Source: Eledone cirrhosa
Taxonomy: Eukaryota
Length of the DNA: 64,000 nucleotides
Assembly: GCA_964016885.1 (NCBI GenBank)
Contig: OZ024748.1
Location: forward strand, 49,290,001-49,354,000
Direction of reading: 5' to 3'
The first letter of the stretch is position 1. Each line of letters begins with the position of its first letter. Both the position numbers and the translations under genes were made by a program. This document shows, in pieces, positions 57,363 to 64,000 of the stretch. Below the pieces are notes generated by a model. It saw only the letters and a list, made by a program, of their open reading frames with translations, searched no databases and was not told where the DNA came from.

Positions 57363-58158
57363 TAATCCACCTGGTTGTTAGAACTCAATGTGTCCTAAGA
57401 AGGATGATTGCACCGAGATTCAGCAGTATGACCGGTAGCTTTTGTGGTGGGTGATTACTGCCTATGGCATACTCGAAGAAAATCTGTCCGGGTCACAGAG
57501 TCATTTACATGTATGTGTTTGAACAATAGAACAGAAGTCAGCTGAGGATGACGGCCGATTGAACAGGGGTTCTGAGACTAGAAATAGGTAGTAACCTAAC
57601 CACTACCATGCCAGTCGATATGTCGCTCTCCCCCGTTCAATCGACCCTCTGAAATGATTGTAAGACAATGAACTAACTCTCTACCTACACCTGACTTTTG
57701 TTTTTATTGTTCAAACACACACACACACACACACATATAGGAAAAGAGCTAGGACCCTGACGGCTGAGCCCCGGCCGTTTCGACAGCTAGATCCGAACTC
57801 AGATCTGAGTTCACATCGAGCTGTCAAAAACGGCCGGAGCTCAGTCGTTGGGGGTCCTGACTCTTTTCCTATTACCTACTCTACTACCCTAAGTATTGAG
57901 TACTCTGGTGCGTTCTGGTCCACCTGGTATCTTACCAGATCCTCTTTATTTTATATATATATATATATATAGGCAACCACGTCACCTTTTTGTTCAACAC
58001 TGACACAGGAACGATGTACTAGTTTCAAGCTTGTTAGCTATTGTCAGCACTGTATACCTTTCTGCCAGATGGTTGAACGTTCGAAAGTATATACTTTCCT
58101 TATGAAAATTAACGGCTGAGCAGCCTAATTTGCATATCGAGTGAGTTCAGTCGGCCAG

Positions 58159-58212
<54 letters not shown>

Positions 58213-58353
58213 GAAAATTGAATTAAAAAATTTCAGCGTAACTTTGACATCTGTTCCCATCCAGTTATTGTTAGACTATTATATTTAGTCAAGGTTACGG
58301 TGAAATCCTCCAATTCAATTTTCATATTCTGCTCACCATTGTCTAAACATATA

Positions 58354-58387
<34 letters not shown>

Positions 58388-61300
58388 AATTCGTTGGATT
58401 TTCACCCCCAAACTGGATACCAACCCGGAGTATACCTGAACTTCCACTAGGAAATCTTTCGTATCACTGAAATTTTCTTTGCTTTTTGTATTTATATATA
58501 TATATAGCGTGGAAGATAGACGTTAAATGATGATGATATACACACACACACACATATATATACATATAACAATATAAGAAGACAGAAAAAAATTCTTTCA
58601 AATTATTTACTTGTTTTACATATATTTCAGTAATTTATATTCAATTAATGGATATGATATATGCTCAATTTAGTAGGGAATAAAACATACACACACATAT
58701 ATACACATAACCCATGCTAGCATGGAAGATAGACGTTAAACGATGATGATGATGACACACACACACCTACATACACATATAAAAAGGACTTTATGATTAG
58801 TGACTGAAAGTTAAGTGTACTAAGTACTAATTAGATGAAAGAAAGACACTGCTGAATGGCTTATTTATTAGTCCTAATTAGCACTAATATATTTTAGGCC
58901 TGTATTTTTATCAGCATATCACCAAAATATTATCTCAACCCAATTAATAAATCAAAACTTACTTAAGTGGTAAAATATTTTCTTTAGCCTTTTCATATGA
59001 GCTACAAGGATAAGTTTGTTGTAATAAATGGAAGAATGTAATTAATTTCTGTTGTTCTTCAGTTGTTTCGGTGAAATAATTCAGGATACAATCTCTTAAT
59101 ACGCAGTCATTTGTGTAAAGGGCAAATTCCCAATATTTTTCTACTGGATTGTAACCCTGAAATAAATGAAAATAATAAAACAATATATTTCCAGTAAAAC
59201 ACCCTAAAAAGCATATTGCTAGTAAAACACCCTAAAATATATATTTCCTGTAAAACACCCTAAAAAGTATACTTCTAGTAAAACACCCTAAAAAGTATAC
59301 TTCTAGTAAAACACCCTAAAAATATATATTTCCAGTAAAACACCCTAAAATATATATTTCCAATAAAATACCCCACAAAAATATATTTCCTATAAAATAC
59401 CCCCCGCCAAAATATATTTCCAATAAAATACCCCCCAAATATATTTCCAATAAAATACACTGCAAAAATATATCTCCCTAAAAAAATTTAACACTTCAAA
59501 TAAAATACGTTAAGAAAATAATTTTGTTTTTCTTTTACAGTCCACTTCTCCATGCTGGCATGGATTGGGCATGAGATCTTTTAAAGCAATATTCTATGGC
59601 TGGCTGGCTTCCCTTTCTGAGGTCATCTGGTATATACTATTCATATTTATTAAACTGATATGCACAACTGGTTAATGCAAAAACCAGGCTTCTGCAGACT
59701 TAGTATTGTTTACAGGGGGACATAAATGCCATAAATTGCTTTAAACATTGTTGTTAAACTGACACACACATATCTAAGGAGCTTCTGATTCCAGAGTCAG
59801 GATCGATCATTAATTGATCAATCCTCGAACTGATTGGCAGTGAAACTTATGTAATATGTAGTTAAATATATATATGATGAAACAGTGATTCTTTGTTCCC
59901 TTATATATCATATATATATATGCCAAGAAGAAAGCATCATCCAGTCTACACCGTTAGGCAGTAGTGCTGGTGCCACAACAAAAGCATCCAGCCCACCCAG
60001 CAAGGTGGTAGTGCCAGAGTCACGATAAAAGCCTGTGGGCAGGTCCACAAGAAATAATAGCCAGCCACTTTTATAAGGCAAGTTACCTTGTATCGTTGCA
60101 CACACGATTTCTTCATACCCAAACATATCTCACGCACTTTCTCCGTGTACACAGTTTCTCCTTGTTGTTCATCCCTTTCGACTGTAACAAATGTTAATTT
60201 AAGTGTTTCTGTCATTAAATGCTAATTAATAAATGCTATATAAATGTGGTGGGAGCCTTTCATTCTTCATCTATAACCCTAGCAGTGTGATCAGGGAAAA
60301 TCACTTTCCCCAAGATATTAAACACATTCGCTTTCCACAGATGTACACATTGGTTAACTATTACGACTATCTACAACCAATACGAATCATCATCATCATT
60401 CACTCATCTACAACAGTTTGAACTTCAAAGCACATTCACACATACAAACAACCTGTTACATATAAATGTTTGGCATCTTACAGTTTCTGTCTACCAAATT
60501 CACTCATAAGGCATTGGTTAGCCTGAAGCTATAGAAGAAGAGGGTGCCACAAAGCGCCATACTGTGAAATTGAAGCCCAAAACCACATGGTTGCAAAGTG
60601 AACTTCTTAACTACACAGCCATGCTGACACCTAGTTAGAGACAAATCTTCTTTGCCCTCTCATTCCTTGGAAGGTCATGGTGGCAGAGTCCTCAAGCATG
60701 CTTTTCATTGGGTCCCATCAGAAGCAATCATCTCCAATTGATCTGGCTGGATTCCCAAGCGAGACCAGCTGAGCTCATGGATGTTATCCAACCATCATAC
60801 ATGGAGTCTACCCTTGCATCTCCTGCTGCTTGGTTTTGCCCATAAAATCTGTCCATTGATTCTAAATAGATGCTCGTAATATTGGAGCTGTAAGCTCTCA
60901 ATTTGGAGAAGTAGCAGCTCTACTGGGAGTGACTCTCTGATCTCAAGGCTACACACTCTATTGAGTAACATTACTCCAAAGACCCTTCAGAGGAACCCTT
61001 TTTAGGCTGCTGGTATTCATGAATATATTCTTTTAGTCAAATATCTAAGAAAATGAAAATTTTAAATTGAAATTTTAAATCTTACGAGATTTGATATTAG
61101 CCGTGAAGCCTCATCAAACTTAGCATTCATCACGTATTTTATGGCTTGTAATAAACCTAAGCGAGTGACTTCTGAAAGACTGGCAAGTTCTGGAGAGTTC
61201 TGTTGGAGAAGGTAGTATTGGACAATAGGAACTGTATTTTTTCTAATGCTATCTTCAATGGCATCCTGTAAATAAAAGAGAAACAATTGAACAGGTTTGA

Positions 61301-63564
61301 TGAACAATGAAGTAGCGATGAGCTGAGAGAAAGAAAACTGAACATAAGAGGAATCAGTTGTTGAGTGTAGGAGAGAAGACTGCACTAAGTATAGACTTGT
61401 AATACATATGGATGGTAATCACTGGGTGAAGAAGTGTCAACTGTTACAAGTAGAAGAACATTGTGGAAGAGGTAGACCAAAAAAGACATGTATAAGTGTG
61501 TAGTGACCTACATTCTGATGGCTCTTGAATACATTCTCCGTACGTTGTTTGGCTCAGTTCAGCCAATCCCTACCAGCGTAGGGAAATGTACTTTAACTTC
61601 CGCTGAAAGGGAAAAATTCCCACTTCTCTTCGAAAATCTCTCTCTTGCAGCTCGACACCGCCAAGGTAAACATCTCTTGATTTTGCTTGACAAACTTTCC
61701 AAAATGTAGCTATCGAACAATTACTGCAGCCGTGGCTTCTAACTTTAGCCATAAGTCTGCGCATTCTTTTACAACATCTTAATTTGTTTTGTTTCATTTC
61801 TTATGACATGTCTTCACAGCTAACTCAACTTCTCATCTTTGTAAATAAATTATATATCAAAAAACGTTGATGGTGATATTTGCCACAGCATTCCCTTGGA
61901 CTGCTTCGGTGACTCTCTGTGATACAATACACAAACAATATTAACATTCATAACAACATATATCTACCTCTCCTATTAACTCACAATGAAATAACTTCTT
62001 CTAAAAGTGGTTAAAAGAAGATCTCAAGAAACTGCAACTCATAAAGGAGGAGACAAATGGAGAGATGCTGTACTGAAGAGGACTTGTCTAAATCCATGTG
62101 AGCATGGACAAACATGTAAAAATGATGATGTTAAGGGAGTTATGAGGAAATAAGGTCAAGGTATGATGAGTGTGGTGGGAGTGTCATTAAACTCTAGTAA
62201 TGCGGAAAACTTACCGTCACATCCATTTCTGACCATTCACTGTGTTCAGCGATGCTGCTCTCTATAGAACTACAAATTCCTGGTTTAACATCATCTGTCA
62301 GAGAGTTTTGTTTCTTCACACCAAAAGCATTCATATATGTGCGTACTTTGGCAATATACTGCAGTACAGTCTGTGTGACCGATTCTGTTTCCTGCAACAC
62401 TTCTAGTGGAATATTGTCTAGTAAAGAATTCTTGAATGAAAGGATATCATTTAGCACAGAATATAAATGGTTCAAGATTATTCCAAGTATTTGCTGTGCA
62501 AAGAACAAAGATTGTTGTTCGGCCATATTGTCTTCAATACTTTGCAATAATAGACGATATGCCGGTTCCAATGCCCGGAGTTTGGGCAAACAGCTATTCA
62601 CATTGCCATTTTTTGGTTCAGTTTCATCAGTTTTCTTCTCCTGTGAGAATACTAAGAAAAAAAAAAAATTTGTACATCACTTCATTAAATAATTATTATT
62701 AAATCATAAATAATAAAGAAATAATTATTTCTTGTGAAGAAACTTTAACCCTTTTGATACCAAACTGACCCTAATTCTATGATACAAAACTCTTTATTTT
62801 TAAATGTTTATATTTATCAGACAAATCTTCTATCAGTTTTCTTCTCATGAGAGAATACTGAAAAAATATGCATATATTCCTTTATTTATTCTGGAAGAAA
62901 CTTTAGGGTCTTTGAAGTAACATTACTCAATAGAGTGCGTAGCTCAGAGATCAGAGAGCTGCTTGAGGTAGAGCTGCTACTTCTCCAAATTGAGTGTGGT
63001 TAGAATGTCTAAGGAAAGAATCACTGGACAGATTTTATGGGCAAAATCAGCTGGTAAGAGACACAGGGGTAGACACTGAGCAAGATGGTTGGATAACATC
63101 CATGAGCTTGGCTGGTCTTGCTTGGGGATCCAGCTGAATCAATTTGAGAGGATTGCTTCTGACAACACCTGCTGGAAGGCGTGTTTGTGGACTCTGCCCC
63201 CATGATTTTCCCAGGAAAAGTGGGTGAAGAAGAAGAAACATTAATTCTTTCATTACTATATTTCTATCATTTTCAAATAATCATATGTTCTTAGAAAAGC
63301 TGTATATTCAGCTAAATTTACAGGAAAGTTCTGTCATAAATTTAACAGTCTTACATATACATACTACAATGTACTCCAGTAGATAGGGTTAAACTAGAAA
63401 CAGTAATACTCACAATTTTGTCTTGTCTGCAAGAATATGGTGACAGTGTCAATCTGTCGATACTTTAAACCAAGTTCTAGAGCCCGAAGGGGTAAGGAAC
63501 ATCGACCCCAGTGATTCAGTTGACACAGTTCATCTGTAAAACGGGCTCCACCATAAGTCATAAC
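6253..63564 (-). CDS. SPG11: Spatacsin (SPG11) orthologue, 5'-partial, 38 coding exons in window
   Basis: Exon chain assembled by hand; every intron is GT-AG with consistent phases, total 6174 nt. Peptides such as [59 protein letters not shown] and [16 protein letters not shown] match human spatacsin segments in collinear order (recalled, not aligned). Confidence 0.95.
6945..7096 (-). CDS. SPG11: SPG11 exon 37
   Basis: cttcag|GCA..AG|gtatgt; [34 protein letters not shown]. Confidence 0.92.
7937..8017 (+). ncRNA. Type I hammerhead ribozyme, intact core
   Basis: gatgtcac CTGATGA gat..tatcat/atgata..atc GAA ATATGTAT A|gtgatttc; stem III is a near-palindrome. Confidence 0.72.
8474..8544 (+). 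ncRNA. Type I hammerhead ribozyme, intact core
   Basis: tattttat CTGATGA [16-bp stem II with one mismatch, loop gcat] GAA ATGCGCAT A|ataaaata; perfect 8-bp stem I; palindromic stem III. Confidence 0.85.
8827..9118 (+). mobile_element. tRNA-derived SINE family A, head triplicated
   Basis: A-box-like tggcagtatcggtagag, B-box-like gagttcaaatcc, core gaggttgactttgcctttcatccttacggggtcgataaaataaagtaccag, (att)n tail; many further copies in the window. Confidence 0.8.
9228..10478. repeat. 52-bp minisatellite, about 24 copies
   Basis: Unit aaacccttttagccaccccttacaacaagcagggataca(g/t)tgtaccaattct. Confidence 0.95.
10527..10676 (-). CDS. SPG11: SPG11 exon 36
   Basis: ttgtag|GAT..GAG|gttaat; [27 protein letters not shown]. 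Confidence 0.9.
10952..11028 (-). CDS. SPG11: SPG11 exon 35
   Basis: ttgtag|TG..AAG|gtgatt; [25 protein letters not shown]; required to restore phase. Confidence 0.88.
11203..11371 (-). CDS. SPG11: SPG11 exon 34
   Basis: tttccag|GAA..G|gtaaat; [32 protein letters not shown]. Confidence 0.93.
11638..11696 (-). ncRNA. Degenerate hammerhead ribozyme
   Basis: Minus strand tctt CTGATGA t-gatt-caataa-aatc-t GAAA attgatt TC aaga; stem II closing pair and stem III imperfect. Confidence 0.45.
12395..12890 (+). mobile_element. Cluster of family A SINE copies
   Basis: Three partial or full copies sharing the core and tail. Confidence 0.75.
12948..13055 (-). CDS. SPG11: SPG11 exon 33
   Basis: ttctag|ATT..AAG|gtaacc; [36 protein letters not shown]. 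Confidence 0.93.
13110..13490. repeat. 75-bp tandem repeat of SINE 3' tail, about 5 copies
   Basis: aaaataaagtaccag..ggccttgtgccaaaagtagaaacaattattgtcatcatcat repeated. Confidence 0.9.
14111..14253 (-). CDS. SPG11: SPG11 exon 32
   Basis: ttatag|TT..ATG|gtaagt; [27 protein letters not shown]. Confidence 0.92.
15779..15937 (-). CDS. SPG11: SPG11 exon 31
   Basis: ccaatag|GC..A|gtaaat; [24 protein letters not shown]. Confidence 0.87.
15912..16225. repeat. 51-56-bp tandem repeat of the exon 31 acceptor region
   Basis: atacagttgatggagaactggggcctgttgggaagaggaaa, 6 copies. Confidence 0.9.
16270..17375. mobile_element. Family A SINE cluster in both orientations
   Basis: Minus copies 16275-16480, 16490-16680 and 17184-17374; plus copy about 16755-16895. 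Confidence 0.75.
18011..18208. mobile_element. Tc1/mariner-like MITE, same family
   Basis: TA flanks; TIR ..ctgaaaagttcataggct / ggcctatgaacttttca.. Confidence 0.75.
19345..19585 (+). mobile_element. 3' fragment of RTE-type LINE
   Basis: [26 protein letters not shown] followed by a GAT tail. Confidence 0.7.
20226..20295 (-). CDS. SPG11: SPG11 exon 30
   Basis: tcttcag|CTT..A|gtaagt; [23 protein letters not shown]. Confidence 0.85.
20962..21099 (-). CDS. SPG11: SPG11 exon 29
   Basis: taatag|ATT..CAG|gtaaaa; [31 protein letters not shown]. Confidence 0.9.
21290..21682. repeat. 31-bp G-rich minisatellite
   Basis: ggtagatagagggtatctggggtagaggtaa, about 12 copies. Confidence 0.9.
22192..22340 (-). 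CDS. SPG11: SPG11 exon 28
   Basis: tttgcag|CC..TTG|gtaaat; [27 protein letters not shown]. Confidence 0.9.
23325..24371. repeat. 21-bp minisatellite, about 50 copies
   Basis: tagtgtgtactacagatatat variants; ends about 16 nt from the exon 27 donor. Confidence 0.95.
24387..24543 (-). CDS. SPG11: SPG11 exon 27
   Basis: ctgtag|ACT..G|gtcagt; [23 protein letters not shown]. Confidence 0.87.
24637..24848. mobile_element. piggyBac-like MITE, same family
   Basis: TTAA|cccttt..aaaggg|TTAA; a third, left-end-decayed copy at about 7220-7436. Confidence 0.8.
25118..25251. mobile_element. pogo/Tigger-like MITE
   Basis: TA|cagtgaaattctgttacaacgaa .. ttcattacaacggaattttacctg|TA. Confidence 0.55.
25531..25647 (-). 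CDS. SPG11: SPG11 exon 26
   Basis: tttccag|GAA..TTG|gtaagt; [39 protein letters not shown]. Confidence 0.92.
25869..26812. repeat. 97-bp minisatellite, about 9.7 copies
   Basis: agacagtcatgtgaatcagttgaccgtga..gtgtaacagtaattcag; period seen at 25961, 26058, 26155. Confidence 0.95.
27077..27232 (-). CDS. SPG11: SPG11 exon 25
   Basis: tttctag|CGG..AGT|gtaagt; [23 protein letters not shown]. Confidence 0.82.
27711..27799 (-). ncRNA. Type I hammerhead ribozyme, intact core, sense to SPG11 intron 24
   Basis: Minus strand ggct CTGATGA acgc-caacca-gcgt GAA ACAG-A-CTGT C|agct; GUC site; stem I extends past an internal loop (ttttggcggaagcagggg / tcccttctttcgccgaaa). Confidence 0.85.
28279..28464 (-). 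CDS. SPG11: SPG11 exon 24
   Basis: tattag|GAT..GAG|gtgagt; [27 protein letters not shown]. Confidence 0.88.
28764..28802 (-). ncRNA. Degenerate minimal hammerhead ribozyme (G12 to A)
   Basis: Minus strand tctt CTGATGA aggac-tagt-gtcc AAAA tgt T aaga; consistent with CpG decay of cGAAAcgt. Confidence 0.45.
29341..29680 (-). mobile_element. Full-length tRNA-derived SINE family B inserted in (TA)n
   Basis: Head gaaggcgcatggcttagtggttagagc, central ttgagcaagacactttatttcacgttgctcc; TA arrays on both sides; relatives at 31550-31815, 32653-32880, 44840-45110, 45205-45480, 57165-57303. Confidence 0.8.
29912..30049 (-). CDS. SPG11: SPG11 exon 23
   Basis: cattag|ATT..CAG|gtaatt; [34 protein letters not shown]. 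Confidence 0.9.
30155..30373. mobile_element. piggyBac-like MITE
   Basis: TTAA on both flanks; perfect 16-bp TIR ccctttagcatttaca/tgtaaatgctaaaggg. Confidence 0.85.
30451..30575. mobile_element. hAT-like MITE
   Basis: caggcatgggcaa..tttgtccatgactg ends; imperfect 8-bp flanks gtttataa/gtttagat. Confidence 0.5.
31140..31354 (-). CDS. SPG11: SPG11 exon 22
   Basis: taacag|GT..GAG|gtaaat; [35 protein letters not shown]. Confidence 0.9.
32020..32300 (+). mobile_element. Decayed 3' fragment of a second RTE-clade LINE
   Basis: [39 protein letters not shown], with stops. Confidence 0.6.
32417..32615 (-). CDS. SPG11: SPG11 exon 21
   Basis: tttgtag|CCA..G|gtaaat; [29 protein letters not shown]. Confidence 0.88.
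32925..33115. repeat. 20-bp minisatellite
   Basis: acaagggaactggtagacag, about 9 copies. Confidence 0.9.
33132..33242 (-). CDS. SPG11: SPG11 exon 20
   Basis: cacacag|AAC..AAA|gtaagt; [37 protein letters not shown]. Confidence 0.88.
33305..34955. repeat. 24-bp minisatellite, about 68 copies
   Basis: atattacagttaatgtagtagtat variants. Confidence 0.95.
35243..35437 (-). CDS. SPG11: SPG11 exon 19
   Basis: cccatag|GAA..ACG|gtaggc; [32 protein letters not shown]. Confidence 0.9.
35640..37480. repeat. 111-bp minisatellite, about 16 near-identical copies
   Basis: ggagtggacaggtgtaccagtcctcatacaaccccacc..gttacactctttca. Confidence 0.95.
37706..37854 (-). CDS. SPG11: SPG11 exon 18
   Basis: ttttcag|AA..AGA|gttagt; [36 protein letters not shown]. 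Confidence 0.9.
38849..38923 (-). CDS. SPG11: SPG11 exon 17
   Basis: ttctag|GG..G|gtaaga; [24 protein letters not shown]; symmetric phase 1-1, 75 nt. Confidence 0.75.
39769..39964 (-). CDS. SPG11: SPG11 exon 16
   Basis: cttcaag|CTT..G|gtgagt; [32 protein letters not shown]; AAG acceptor. Confidence 0.85.
41051..41210 (-). CDS. SPG11: SPG11 exon 15
   Basis: ttttag|G..CAG|gtaaaa; [31 protein letters not shown]. Confidence 0.92.
41543..41651 (-). CDS. SPG11: SPG11 exon 14
   Basis: atttag|GT..CC|gtaagc; [35 protein letters not shown]. Confidence 0.85.
41860..42440. repeat. Degenerate tandem repeat of about 120 bp
   Basis: cagccaactggccagac..gtggttggtgttaggaagggcatc, 4-5 copies. Confidence 0.8.
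43193..43428 (-). CDS. SPG11: SPG11 exon 13
   Basis: cttcag|A..G|gtacat; [31 protein letters not shown]. Confidence 0.92.
44200..44555 (+). mobile_element. 3' fragment of RTE-type LINE with (GAT)n tail
   Basis: [23 protein letters not shown] resembles the RTE ORF C-terminus; copies at about 14830-15200, 18590-18790, 19345-19585, 22480-22690, 23015-23330 (-), 55900-56100, 61340-61500. Confidence 0.75.
44581..44749 (-). CDS. SPG11: SPG11 exon 12
   Basis: cttacag|AA..AG|gtaaat; [34 protein letters not shown]. Confidence 0.92.
46007..46073 (-). CDS. SPG11: SPG11 exon 11
   Basis: tttcaag|AGC..G|gtaaat; [22 protein letters not shown]; AAG acceptor. Confidence 0.85.
47562..48362. repeat. 22-bp minisatellite, about 36 copies
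   Basis: gaaatataaaacaacatgagtt. Confidence 0.95.
48405..48563 (-). CDS. SPG11: SPG11 exon 10
   Basis: tttcag|ATG..AAA|gtaagc; [22 protein letters not shown]. Confidence 0.9.
49924..50069 (-). CDS. SPG11: SPG11 exon 9
   Basis: ctacag|AT..TCG|gtatgg; [33 protein letters not shown]. Confidence 0.9.
50990..51090 (-). CDS. SPG11: SPG11 exon 8
   Basis: tctttcag|A..G|gtaagt; [33 protein letters not shown]; not in ORF track. Confidence 0.85.
51556..51723. mobile_element. Tc1/mariner-like MITE
   Basis: TA flanks; about 30-bp TIR caagggtaggctgaaaagttcataggttgac / gtcagcttatgaacttttcagccaacccttg. Confidence 0.8.
51990..52175 (-). mobile_element. Family A SINE with long (TAT)n tail
   Basis: Reverse-complement copy; similar copies at 40015-40205 and 49565-49780. 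Confidence 0.75.
52238..52450 (-). CDS. SPG11: SPG11 exon 7
   Basis: ttcttcag|A..AA|gtatga; [34 protein letters not shown]. Confidence 0.9.
   Translation of the reverse strand, partial: KWNSRSFFTDSQLCHIPSSVEPLKRCFTSAFSNNRSEKLFSRTAPIPPRYDRLLYQEQLWLFALEILSDS
53039..53258 (-). CDS. SPG11: SPG11 exon 6
   Basis: ttttccag|CAG..GC|gtatgt; [28 protein letters not shown]; NAGNAG acceptor. Confidence 0.88.
53720..54235. repeat. 48-bp minisatellite, about 10.5 copies
   Basis: gtgctttttaccgtgtctcctacacgaccatgttacagtgcggactgg. Confidence 0.95.
54435..55352. repeat. 24-bp minisatellite, about 38 copies
   Basis: gtatagatgtatgtagaggtgca(t/a/g). Confidence 0.95.
55632..55850 (+). mobile_element. tRNA-derived SINE (family B head, different tail) in (TA)n
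   Basis: tggcggagtggttag A box, gagttcgattcc B box, ccttgagcaagacacttta core. Confidence 0.75.
56275..56492 (-). CDS. SPG11: SPG11 exon 5
   Basis: gattccag|T GGC TGG..G|gtacta; [31 protein letters not shown]. An acceptor 18 nt upstream would add an in-frame TGA. Confidence 0.8.
56814..56897 (+). ncRNA. Type I hammerhead ribozyme, intact core
   Basis: ataattattttat CTGATGA [imperfect stem II] GAA ACCA-T-TGGT A|agggaataattat; stem I pairs at 12 of 13 positions. Confidence 0.72.
57992..58078 (-). ncRNA. Degenerate hammerhead ribozyme (G8 to A) in TA-flanked element 57971-58162
   Basis: Minus strand gtg CTGACAA t-agct-aaca-agct-t GAA ACTAGT A|cat; extended stem I pairings ctggca/tgtcag and gttcaac/gttgaac. 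Confidence 0.55.
58963..59156 (-). CDS. SPG11: SPG11 exon 4
   Basis: tttcag|GGT..AA|gtaagt; [31 protein letters not shown]. Confidence 0.9.
59180..59465. repeat. Degenerate minisatellite of about 27 bp
   Basis: agtaaaacaccctaaaaatatatttcc. Confidence 0.8.
59768..59859 (+). ncRNA. Degenerate hammerhead ribozyme (G5 to A)
   Basis: acatat CTAAGGA [long stem II] GAA ACTTATGT A|atatgt; perfect 6-bp stem I but mutated core. Confidence 0.55.
61086..61265 (-). CDS. SPG11: SPG11 exon 3
   Basis: ttacag|GAT..CTC|gtaaga; [27 protein letters not shown]. Confidence 0.9.
62215..62651 (-). CDS. SPG11: SPG11 exon 2
   Basis: ttcttag|TA TTC TCA CAG..ACG|gtaagt; phase 1 to 0; [29 protein letters not shown]. 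Confidence 0.88.
62905..63220 (+). mobile_element. Non-autonomous element with RTE (Rex3/Expander-like) 3' end
   Basis: [20 protein letters not shown] motif; copies at 50300-50650 (-), 51740-51955 (+), 60640-60990 (-). Confidence 0.6.
63414..63564 (-). CDS. SPG11: SPG11 exon 1 (window numbering)
   Basis: tttcag|GTT..T|gtgagt; [50 protein letters not shown]. Confidence 0.92.
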
Positions 63565-64000
63565 CTGAAAGATAAAAGGGAATTTTAGTTCAAATAAATA
63601 CCACAAATATCAAAAGTCATCTTGTCTGACACCCTAACAAAACCCCCACCACTCTAGACTGGAACTTTATTTTATCTACTCCAAAAGGATGAAAGACAAA
63701 ATTGATCATGGCAAGATTTGAACTCAACATGAGGAAAGCCAGGGGAAACACCACGAGACATTTCTGTCTTTTGCTCTAACTACTCAACCAATAAAGGGAT
63801 GTCAAGGAACAACATGAAATATATTTCAATATCAAAGTTTGCTATATATATTTTTCTCTCTTTAATTGATTGACAAGATCCAGTCCTCGCTTGCTTACCA
63901 AGTGGGGTGGAACTCATCAAATCGGACCAAGGAAACTATGTTTTCATTGGTCTTTCCCTTACTGATATTATCAACTGGTAGCAGATGCTGGCAGAAAGAG

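Noticed and set aside
7937-59859. Strict rule that intact ribozymes occur only antisense to SPG11
   Set aside because: The 27711-27799 copy is intact on the sense strand, and the numbers are too small to test a strand bias.
62640-62642. CAG as the exon 2 acceptor
   Set aside because: Phase 0 conflicts with the phase 1 upstream donor; the TAG at 62652-62653 fits.

Overview
AT-rich, microsatellite- and SINE-dense eukaryotic genomic DNA; the repeat landscape suggests a cephalopod (Octopus-like), which is inference only. About 57 kb is one minus-strand gene: 38 phase-consistent GT-AG coding exons (63564 down to the stop at 6253; 6174 nt, 2057 aa plus stop) of a spatacsin (SPG11) orthologue whose 5' end lies beyond the window. 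Introns hold tRNA-derived SINEs, 3' fragments of RTE-type LINEs, piggyBac-, mariner- and pogo-like MITEs, fold-back elements and about a dozen minisatellites. The main unannotated signal is a set of short, sequence-divergent elements, mostly inserted in or beside (TA)n tracts, carrying type I hammerhead ribozyme folds with palindromic stem III (Penelope-like/retrozyme type). Four have intact cores and several are decayed. One intact copy lies on the sense strand of the SPG11 pre-mRNA inside a stop-containing pseudo-exon. Several real splice acceptors also have duplicated or competing decoys that lead to premature stops. All structures were read by eye; nothing was computed or searched.
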